64,000 nt of DNA from Lama glama (taxonomy: Eukaryota), in contig CM052832.1 in NCBI GenBank assembly GCA_028534125.1, positions 13,580,001 through 13,644,000 of the forward strand, in the 5' to 3' direction. Below the pieces are notes generated by a model. That model had not been told where the DNA came from and did no database searches. It saw only the letters and a list, made by a program, of their open reading frames with translations. A program made the position numbers and the translations under genes. Positions 53,661 to 64,000 of the stretch are shown piece after piece. Each line of letters starts with the position of its first letter. Position 1 is the stretch's first letter.

Positions 53661-55265
53661 CTGTTAGAGAAAAAGAGAACCTGCTTGAACATTTTAGAAA
53701 AAGTCTGCCGCTATAAGTCAGATAATGACACTGATAACTAACAACCAAAAGCACAGGCTATTAGAAGGCGTGAGACGCATGCCAGGTCTTAGGTCTGAGG
53801 CAAAGAGGATGTAGGACTAAAATGTGTCTACAGTAGTAGTTCTAGACTCTGGCTATGTATTAGAATCACCTCAGAAGTTTCTTAAAAATTCCAATGCCAA
53901 GGTCCCATCCCAGACCAATTGAGACCAGATCACTAAAGATATACATATTTTTTTTTGAAAGATTATCAGGTGAGTCTGATAAAGTCAGGGTTACAAACCA
54001 CTGCCCTACACCACAGAAAGCCTAAAACCCCCTGCTTAATCAATAGTTAGGTAAGTCTCAGCCTCACAGATTAGGGATCTACAATTCTCATTAGACACAG
54101 ATGTTTTCCCATCTGTCAATGTATTTCATTTCAGATCACCCAAGTGAAGCAAGCAGGACAAGCAGAAAGAATAAGTTTACAGATGTGGAAAAATGAAAGT
54201 GCTTCCCAAACACGTCTGTTCACCTACCACCTTGAAACTTAAAAACTGAAACTTGCGAAACAATTTCCCTAACCTGAATCTCTGGGAGGTGAGGCCTAGA
54301 AATTTCTTGAAACCTCTAGAAGTTGTTGCAGCAGGTCCACTGGGCATGATGGCACCACCTCAGCCCAGGAGTGGGGATGGATACAAGTGGCATGCTGATT
54401 GCCATATGGGGAGTTGAGAAGGGTCACAATGGACACGAAGCCCTCTAATGCTAAATGTGACCTCTCAGTCTCATCCCTGCTCTCCGCCAGCCTAAAATAA
54501 AATAGGCCATTCCCTCAATTTGGCCCCCTTTCCTCTGGGGATAACTCCCAACCTTCTGGACTGTGCAGATGAGAGGCCCTCCCAAGCTGTAGGCTCAGAT
54601 CCAAGGGCTGGTATAAAAGAAGCAATTCTGCCCCCAACAAAGTGGAGAGGATGGAAAGCAACTCAGATAAGGCCCCTGGGTCTCTGAGAACCACTTCCCC
54701 CAGCTATCTTTTGTAGTTTTGGGCTCTTCTGCTTAGGCATGGGCCTGCAGACTTGGCCAGCTGGAATAAAAGCCATGATCCCAGACCATCTTTACTTTTT
54801 TTTTTCCATTCCCCAACACCACAATCTAACCTGCTCTAAGAGCCTCTCTATATCATGGTATAAGATGAGCTAATATTTAACTGGTATGTACAATATGACC
54901 ATATCAGGTGAAAAATATTGAAATACTTCTTTACTAGTTAGCAAACAGCCTCTGGGCCCCAGCATCTGAAACTCCCTGAACCTGCTCACAATTGGCAACT
55001 AAATATCCCTATCAGTGGCTCTCAGGAGCCCCCTCCAATGCAACAGCCAACATCTACTCTGACTGATGACTTTTGGTCTCTACTGATTGTCAAATACTTT
55101 GATATTATCCCTAGGTATGCATGGAAGTGTGACCCTCCCAGGGCTTCTGTTTGCCCACAAGGATCAGACCTAAAGTTGGGGAAGGATGCTCCCACGATGG
55201 GATTTTCCCTTAACCCTCCCTTACTCTGGCCCCCAGCCCCTTGCCTGCCCGTGAATGTCTCTCAC

Positions 55266-55568
55266 CTCTGTCCCCATCGTCTTCTGGCTCCTCCTGTGGG
55301 GCCTGCTCCAGCACAGCCAAATCCCCCTGAGGCCCTGCTGGCAGTTCCCCATTGGACACAGTCTTGTTCAGCAATGGTAGCTGCAGTGGTGGTGGCTGTG
55401 CCAGCTTCTGCCGAAGGGCATTGATCTCCCGGCGCAGCAGGCGGACACGGCGGGTCCGGGCCCCACTGGACCGCATGGCACTCACTACGTCTAGTTTCTC
55501 CAGCAGCTCCTTCAGCTGCACCTCTGGGGACAAGTGGGCCCGGTTTTCTGGGATGAGGATGTTGTCCA
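55266..55568 (-). CDS. BRPF3: BRPF3 exon 7 (303 nt)
   Basis: (V)DNILIPENRAHLSPEVQLKELLEKLD...EPEDDGDR; cag|TG acceptor, GAG|GTGAGA donor; phases 1/1 consistent. Confidence 0.95.
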
Positions 55569-56297
55569 CTGCCAGGGAAAAGGGAGGACAGAAGGGGCTG
55601 AAGGACCTGCCCAGCCCAGGGCAAGGGGAAGGGAGGGGGCTGATTCCTTTGGATGCAAAATATTCTCCCGTAATGCCTGGGCCACTGGCTTCCAGCAGTG
55701 TCACTGTGGGGCCTTGGCCCTGGCCAACACCACTGCCCAGAGGGCAGACACAGGGACAAGGTCAGAATCTGGGAAACATCTGCAGGAAGCAGTTCACAGT
55801 CATGATTACGGGCTCCATGGAGCAGACACGAGGCAGCCTGGCAATCCTCCGGCTGTGGTGACTGGCTGCTGCCATCAAGAAGCAAAAAGCAGGGGCAGGT
55901 AGAGTGGGGGTCTCAGAGGCAATTCCATTTTTCTGGTCCTCTACCTGCACTCTTCTGAATGAGCCAGACACCCACAGCATTGCACTCCCACTGCCCTATG
56001 CTTCAATGCCACACAGGGGGAGTCCAGGAGAGAAAAACTCCTGATGAAGCTTTAGCTTTTCAGATAGCTAGTACCTGATTCCTCTCTTTCCTACTTTTCA
56101 AGTGCTCCGTGAATTAAACTCAAACCTTTGAAACTATTCCAGCCACAAGCACGTATATCCCAGCCTGTGCCTATCCCTAGCTTTGCTCCTGGAGTCTACC
56201 CTATTGCTCCAAGGCCCACCCTGATCTCTGGCTCTCTGGGCCCTGTACCTGCGCCTCCTCATGCCCCCTCCCCTCCCCACCTGTTCAGGCTTCTCAC

Positions 56298-56610
56298 CGT
56301 CTTCCCAAGAGAAGCGGTAAAAGTCCTCCAATTTGGGTGACTCGGGCAGGTGGGTGCCCCTCTCGGGGTCATAACCGATGTTCTCTGCCTGCCGCCGGGC
56401 GTGCCGCAGAATGGCCCCTCCCAGGTCCCGCAGGCGGACAGCTGCTCGGTGGAAAATTGTGTCTTTAGCATTATACTTCATGCAGTTGGTAACTATAAGG
56501 TTAAAGTCCTCCTCAAACTCCTCCAAGGTGCGGTACAGATGGGACTCCAGCTTCCGCCTCATAGTAGAAAAATCCATTGGCTTGGATATGAATTCCAGGT
56601 AATCTGGAAC
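56298..56610 (-). CDS. BRPF3: BRPF3 exon 6 (313 nt), bromodomain core
   Basis: [21 protein letters not shown]...NCMKYN...FSWED, with the canonical bromodomain PDY/PMD/NC..YN motifs; tag|GTT acceptor, ACG|GTGAGA donor. Confidence 0.97.
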
Positions 56611-56887
56611 CTAAACATATAAAACCTGTACAATTACAACAACCATTTACTAGCCAAACAGGCGCACCCTTCATCAGTACTCTTGCCTCCCCGTTTTCTG
56701 GTCTGGCCATGCTGGGCTCACTCGTAGTCCCAGGGCCCTGGCCCACCCTGGCCTACTGAGCCCTCACCATGGATAAGTCTACTAGCCTTGCCAGGAACCC
56801 CTATGGCCCAGCCATCTCCTGGCCTCCTCACACCCTGTTTCCATTTCAGGAGGGGCTCACTGCTCAGAAAGTATAGGGGGAACTTGC

Positions 56888-57016
56888 CTCACTCAGGTTG
56901 ACAGGTTCAGCGAAGATGTGTGCGGGATCCTTCTCCTGTAGCAAGTCCAGTGTTGTCCTCAGCAGAACGTTGAATGGCATCAGCTCCAGCTCCATGGCAG
57001 CCTGCTGCACCTTGAC
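56888..57016 (-). CDS. BRPF3: BRPF3 exon 5 (129 nt), start of bromodomain, GC donor
   Basis: [43 protein letters not shown]; tag|GTC acceptor; in-frame donor is GAG|GCAAGT. Confidence 0.93.
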
Positions 57017-59011
57017 CTATGAGGAAGGTGGAGAGACATCAGGACATCCTCCCAAAGTGGCACCAAACTTTTTCTTGATAACCTGACTTTCATCAATCAC
57101 GTACAAATTTTTACAGGATATGAAGCTGACCAGTATTTGAGGAGCTATCACCCAACCCTCAGTGCAGAAATAATGACACCAACAGCGACCACTTTGTAAA
57201 CTGTTCCCATATATTAAGCACCACACCAAAGCTTATGGTAATAATAGCTAATATTGTACTTAGTCCTTACTAAGTGCCAAATTAACATTCACACACAAAT
57301 GAGGTATTTTACAAAGAGGAAACTAAGACAAAGAGACTAAACAAGTGACTGATCCAAGGTCACACAGCTATTAAGGGTCAGAACTGGGATTCACAGAGTG
57401 TGCTTTTGACTACTAAGCCTCACTGCCTCTCTACTTACATCACCTCAGTCAATCATCACAATAGCCCTAAAGGAGAAACTATTACCCCCATATTACAAAT
57501 ATGGAATCTGAGGTTTGAAAAGAATATGATGAGGAGTTAGTAACCCAAGGTCATCTGGCTAGAAGAGAACAGACAGGATTTAAACTGAGGTCTAACTTAG
57601 TCCAAGGGCACACTGATGACATAAAATGTATGTTGGGCCAGAATTCCTACCTTGCGTGCTGAGATATTTATCCCACTGGCCCCTGGTAAGTCTGGACCAA
57701 CTAGAGTGAACAGGACTTCTGGACTCACCCATCAGGCAGCAAGTAGCCTGACATATTTGCAGCAGTATGCTGTACAAATGTTATTTTTGATACGTGCCCC
57801 AATGTGAAAAGGTTGGGAAGCCATGGATTAGACTAAGAGAAGTTCCTATCTCTTGGCTACATTAAAACAAGCCTGCTTGTATCCTCTGCCTGCTTCCTTT
57901 CCCCTTAGGTTCTTCTGAACCAAAAATGGGAAGAAAAGCTCAGCTGTGGGACCAGCATTGGGACAGCACAGACGGTTCAATCCATGGACAAGATCCTGAG
58001 ATGTCCTCCATGCCCACCCTTGCTAAATATGGAAAGAGCTGCCCAGATTCAGATGTGTAAATTCAGGCTACAGGTCCATGAAAGAAGGACTTGTGCTGGG
58101 GCTGAACAGTGAAGCAGAGTTTGGAGAAAGAGAAAAAGGAACATCTTTAACCCAGGCGTGCGAGTAACAGCTGTTATTCCTGGACCAGATAGAACAGTTT
58201 TGGCTCATCATCCATTCAATTAAGAGTTTTTGTTCTCTGTCATGTGCAGAGTGTCACAGTGGACACTTCAGGGAGGCAAAGACCATCAATACGGATGATG
58301 ACAGCAGCTGACACTTCTATAGCCCTACTATGTGCCACGCACTGTTCTAAGCTATTTATATAAACTAAGTCATCTAATCCTCATAACCTTATAAGGCAGA
58401 TTCTATTACTATCCTCATTTTATAGTCAAGGAAACTTAGGTATTAAGGAGATTAAGCAATTTACTCACTGTCACACAAGGAGTAAGTGGCAGAGTCAGGA
58501 TTTAAACCCAGGCAGTCTGGTGCCACAGCTCATATTCCTAACTCCTATGCTACACTACTTACCTCAACATTCCCCATGCTCAGAGGCTTAGAATCTCCTT
58601 CAACAGAGGTTGGAAAATTAAAATGATTCAAGACAATAAGTTTGTAAGGGCCAAGTGAGAACTCTCAGAAGCTTCCAGGCCAAAGGTTGCCACTGATCAC
58701 AACGGCCTGAGAAGCTTTTCAAAATACTCAAGGACAGGCTCCCCCTGAGATTTCCTAAATCAGAAAATCCAGGGATGGGCCCAGGCATATGATATTAAGC
58801 TTATGCTAGAGGCCACCGGTAGCTGAAACCCCAAAGTTCAAAGTTATCAGCAGCATCACACCCAAGGCAGAGTAGACAGGCCCTGAAGCCCACAGTGCTG
58901 GGCAGAAAGGTGAGAAAGCTGATACCAGGCAGGGGCTCCTGGGTCTCCTAAAGCCACACTGACAGTAGGAGAGAAACATCTTGAACAAGAGCCCTGGGGA
59001 CTCCTCCTTAC

Positions 59012-59143
59012 CTGCTCCCGCTTGAGCTTTTCTCTTTTCCGAATCAGCTCAATTAGCAGCCGAGCCCGCTCCAAGTCGTGCCGGAGCTTCTGCCAATATT
59101 TCAGCTCTTCCTTCACTGCGCTTGTCTTCTCATCCTGCTCTCG
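59012..59143 (-). CDS. BRPF3: BRPF3 exon 4 (132 nt)
   Basis: [44 protein letters not shown] (EPC-II-like helix); cag|CGA acceptor, CAG|GTAAGG donor. Confidence 0.96.
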
Positions 59144-61510
59144 CTGCAGGAAGGATGGGAAAGGAAAAAGGAACTTTCCTGCCCAAAGTCCTCTCCCTCC
59201 CTGCTCAAGCCTCGTGGGGCCTCAGCAGGTAAGAGCCCTGTCTCCTTTCTGGATGCATGGTCCTGGAGAGCCCTTCCACTCCCTCTATATCCCATGCCTT
59301 CCTCCTTGCTTCCCCAGCCTTATAACAATGTTTCTTCACTGTAGCACAATAACCACTGCTGGCCTGAGAGCTGGGACTGCTCTCCCAACCCCCAGGGACA
59401 TCAGGGAGCAGATGTGCATCCTCAGGGCTGGAAAGAATTTCAGAAGGAGGCTAATAGATACCTAAGGGTGGAAAGAATTTCACCCTAGAGCTTTGACTTG
59501 GCAAGGAAACAAAGCAAAGTTTTTACTATAAGCTTGTACTTAACTGACTTGAACACACTTTAAAACACCGCCACTACCACCACCAAAATCATGATTCCTG
59601 CCCTAAAAGAAGTCACAGTGTAGCTGAGGGAAGAAAAAGGTCCAGGGCTTGATGCACAAGGGCACAGCAGCATAAAGACAACAAAAACTGAACAGATAAA
59701 CTGAATATAAAATGCTAAGAGGACATAAATTAGACAGGATCTCAGTGGGTTGAGGTTAGGTCAGGGATTCCTGGGAGAAGCAATCTTACTAGGGTTTTCA
59801 CATGCAGTGATGGACATGGATGAATGAAGCAGTTAAGAAAGCCCTCTTCTGGAACTGAAGGGAGCAGAGGGCAGAAGCAGGGGGGCAGAATTGGTGATCC
59901 TTTGCTTTTTAAGAAAAATGGGCTGGCCAGAGCAAAGAAACTGGAGAACCACAAAAGCCAAAGAAGACCCAAGATCCAGCTAGCAAAAAGCGTGGACATG
60001 GCCTCTGTGGAGAGGGAGAATATATGCTGGAAAAGGAAATGACAGGATGGAAAATGGTTAAGTAAGACAATACCAGTTGTAGAGCAAAGAAAGAATTAGA
60101 GGCTAGAGACCACCTAGAAAGTTACTGTTGAAATCAAGAGGGGGGGCGGGATGGGTGAGCAGAGTGGCTGTGAAATGAAGACAAAGGGCAATATACTGAT
60201 AAATGCCCTGAAAGAGATCGGGGGATGGTTAATTGCAGCTTGCTATGGAGAGAAGAGTCAAAAGTAACTCCAAGGTGGGGAACATCTGAGGTCAGAAGGA
60301 AGAAGAGTTCTATGACAATAATGGGGAAATATGTTTACGGAAAGAAGATAATGAATTCAGTTTCCAACATCTGAGTTATAGGAAACAACATCTACATGGA
60401 CATCTATAGTTCCTCTGCCTCAGAGGGACTGAGGACAGAAAAAAGGGAGGGGACAAGACAAGAAACCTGAAGCTACTGCCACACAGTTATTGACAACTAT
60501 GAAAGTGGACAAGCTCTCCAAACTGACAGGCAGGCAGCAGAGCCCCCGGGAATGTTACCATAAAGGAGGAAGATTTAGGATCAGCACAGGGTGCAGTAAG
60601 AGGTATAGAGGAGGTGGAAAAATGTGTCACAGAGAGGCTCTAAGACAAAGAGATCATGGTGTCAAATGCAGTCCAATGGTCTGTAAGTTGAGAATGTGAG
60701 GAAAGACTTGCTGGGCTGGGAGGGGGTCACTGGTGTTCTAGAGGAGGCTACAGGGAAGCAGGCAGACCATTTCAAGGAGAGATCAAATATATACCCTCCC
60801 TTCAGGACTTCAGTTACAAAAAGCAAAAGTGAAATCAGACAGAACACAGAGGACACCAGAGTCATGGAAAGGCTTCCTTCATCTCTGAAGTAGTGGTATG
60901 GGAATACCTAAAGGTGGAAGTAATGCAACAAGTGAAGGAGGAAAGAGATTAATATGTTACCAAAAAAAAAAAAAAAACCAGAAAAAAACAAAACAGTCTC
61001 TCAGGAGGCTTCTATTGATTGTCTCAAAAAATACTAAACATGCAGCAACTCCAGTTGCTAATGGCTGAAAGGCCACCACAGTTGGGCAGGCTGCATGCTA
61101 CAATTTAGATGGTTAATCTGTGTATTTTCTATGAAATTTTTTTTTGGCAGACAGCAGTATAATGTCTTGAGGAAAGTGCCCCTTTTCCTAACTCTTGCAA
61201 CACAGCTGCCTGACTCTCCCAGCCTTCTTCCTTTCCATCATATCTAAAAGGTTTCCCTCCACACAGGGCAAGTTGGGCTTGCTCTCCACTCTCCCCTAGA
61301 ATTTGCTCCAAGCCAAGCCTCTATCACCCAGAAGTAGATGCTGTCTGGTCTGAAGAGCTCTACAGTGCTGGAGGTAGCTCCTGGGATGGAGCACCTGGGT
61401 GATGGCTATAGGCAAAGCTCTGCAGAGTGCTCATGGAGGGGCACACCAACCGTCTCTCCTTCTTCACTCTCCACCTCCCTCCACTGTCCTCAAATCACCA
61501 CTTCACCTAC

Positions 61511-61667
61511 CTGCTCGGCATTCCTTTGGGACTGCAGGTGAGAGTGCAGGCGCCGGATGAGGGGAACACCATTCCGCGCCTGCCGCTTCAACAGCCAGTA
61601 GTTGTGAAGCCGCTGCATGAACTGGTTTTTCCTCTGAAAGGAGAGACCACTACAGATCTTGTTCAAC
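61511..61667 (-). CDS. BRPF3: BRPF3 exon 3 (157 nt)
   Basis: Encodes [52 protein letters not shown]; acceptor aag|G, donor CAG|GTAGGT. Not in the ORF track; translated by hand. Confidence 0.95.
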
Positions 61668-64000
61668 CTTGAGTAGAGGTACAGGGAAGTGAAAGACAGG
61701 GTCAGTGGGCAGCCCAGATTACAGCCTCCTCTCCATACTCTGGTTCATTTCTGAACCTTACAGAGGAAGACAGAATAAAGTAGTCAAATGCCTCACCTCA
61801 GAGAAAGGCTTGAAAAGGACAGCAAAGTTAAGCAGCTCAGATTCAGCATGAGATATTTCACTTGATTTTCCACCTCCTGCCTTGCAGTTCTGATCCACCA
61901 AAAGAACCCTCTGCCAGGAACCCTGATCTTGCAGTCCTGGACTCTGAGAAACAGGCCTGTGCCCCAACACCTGCCCTCTTCTCTTGAGCAGCAAAAGAGA
62001 ACAGGAACTTGAGTAAGCTGTAGGCAATGTGGTCACTATTATCTGCCCCCTGTGGCTAAGGGTCCCACCAGACCAGGGAGTAGTCTACAGCCAAGTAGGA
62101 ATACAGCAGGCTACAGCTTTCTGAGCCAAAATGCAACCCCTTGGAGTTGTCTGACCTCTGGCTTTTCATTAAAAAAATCTCAGTAACCAAAAATGCCTAA
62201 TTTTGAACCAAATGGAGGGGGAGAGGATATAAAGGTGTAAGAAGATGGAGAATCTGAAAACTTATTTGGCTAAACTACTCCAAAATAGACTTGGGGTCAG
62301 AATTTAAGCCAATAACACATGGGGGGGGGGGAATAGGTGGGAAGGGAATTCATGAGAGCCCATAATCTCCACCCTAATGACAATACTGTAAGGTGGGTCA
62401 CATTATTCCCATGTTCCAAAAAATGGAAAGGCAACTTAGGAACAGAGGCTGATAAATTGTCAAAGTCACTAATGCAGCTAACAAAATGGTGAAGCCAGGC
62501 AGGATCTGAACCCATGATCTCTCTGTTAAACCATGCTGTGTCCCCAAATTGGCTCGGTGTTCCTGTGGTATTTCCACTGAAAGGAAGATAAGTAGGGCTA
62601 AACAAGAAGATGGACACTAAGAAGGATGTTCATGTCGAGCTGGACACTGCTCACCTAGGCCTTGTGTCTTTCCATGGTCAGACATCCCTGCCCCAAAGCC
62701 AAGCTTACAAAGTCAAGGCCTAGGCCTTTCCCCAAAGGACAGATTCCCCAACCAACGCCCATGCCAAGCACACCTGCCCAGATGCAGGCAGCCCCCTCCC
62801 TCTACAACCCCTTGGCCATGGAGGGTCCCAACAGCATTTGTGCAGGTGGGGAAAAGAATAATAATAATAAAATAGCAGCAGCAGCAGTAGCCACCATTTA
62901 TTGAGCGCTTACTATTTGCCAGGCACTGTGCTGAGTGCTTTACTCACATTATTTCATCTATTTCTCCCAATGACCTTATTAGGTAGGTTCATTTACAAAT
63001 AAACTATGGCTGAAAGAAGTTAAGTAACTCATCATATAGGTAAGATCACATAGGTAAGTAGTGATAGAAGCAGGATTCAAATGCAGGTCTGTCTGGTTCT
63101 TAGCCACCATGCTGTGCTGGTCCCTGTAAGACACCACCTATGAGAGCAGACCTGACAACCAAAAAGTATAGCCCCAGGGCATAACCACCCTGCAGAGGGG
63201 AACTAAGCAAGAACCCACTCACCTAAGGGAAGAGGGGAGCCTAGAACAGTTTTGTGACTAGAAGACCCATTTCCAGTTGACTGATTCTAACTCCAGCCAT
63301 GGCTCACAAGAGCCCCTCACCCCGATCTTCTCTGCTCATGTCTCCTTTCCAGACTGACAGGTCTGGATGCCTGTTCTGCTCACATACTCCCCACTGCCCT
63401 CTAGTACTTTCTCTCTATCCTTTACATCAAGGAGACAGACAGCAGGAGCAGAACCTGGAAATGTCATAAGCCCCAGCTGTGGTCCAAGGTCTGTCACTTT
63501 CCCCTGGTTCCTTTCAGCCCTTAGAACAGGACTTGGCATATAGTAAGTGCTCAATAAACATCTTGTTGAATGAATAAAGGAGTGAACAACTTTACCTCCT
63601 GTGGCCGCAGTTTCTTCATCTAGGGGTGTGGGAGAAGGTGCAAGGACTATGTTAGATGAATAATCTTCAAGATACCTTCCTGCTCTAACACTGTATACTT
63701 TTTAATGAACATCATCAGTGTGATAAGCCTTCGCTGGAAAATCTTCCTTGATTCTTGCTTCTCTGCCTAGCTCCCATCCCTCCAACTGCTCCAGCTACCT
63801 CTCTGATGGTTTAAAACAGGTACAACAGTTTCTCCACAGACTCAGTGGGGGCCAAGGTAACTTAGCTACACAACTGAGCTGAGTAATCTTCTTTCCTCTA
63901 ACTCTAAAAGCTTCTCAGGAGAATAGTGTATCTTCCCCACATGACCATCCCCTTACACAAAGTCCCCATTATTTCCAGGACAGAGACTTCGGGACAGCAG

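Noticed and set aside
53243..56622. Plus-strand ORFs of 157 and 169 aa and the 207-aa alternate-frame ORF
   Set aside because: They overlap real BRPF3 exons; codon bias explains the stop-poor shadow frames.

Overview
Mammalian genomic DNA, very probably a camelid (tRNA-derived Vic-type SINEs and a cetartiodactyl-style L1 3' end), syntenic with the human BRPF3-PNPLA1 locus and read here in reverse. The minus strand carries the 3' two-thirds of BRPF3: 11 coding exons (61667 down to the stop at 38268; exon numbers follow my recollection of the human gene) encoding the bromodomain, a low-complexity linker and the PWWP domain, plus a ~2.2 kb 3'UTR. All splice phases are consistent and one intron has a GC donor. 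About 26 kb downstream, also on the minus strand, lies the first coding exon of PNPLA1 (9638-9434); its intron 1 runs off the left edge. The rest is intron or intergenic DNA rich in L1, L2, MIR, MaLR/ERV LTRs, hAT and Tc1-like MITEs and SINEs. Almost all other ORFs in the track are spurious. I see no evidence of a novel multi-gene system. The most notable points are a Gly-to-Ala change in the PNPLA1 glycine-rich loop, the GC-AG intron in the BRPF3 bromodomain, a CpG-gaining old L1 with a CTCF-like motif between the two genes, a 3'UTR-like block beyond the BRPF3 polyA sites, and several candidate isoform or regulatory elements. Repeat family names and human comparisons come from memory, not a database search.
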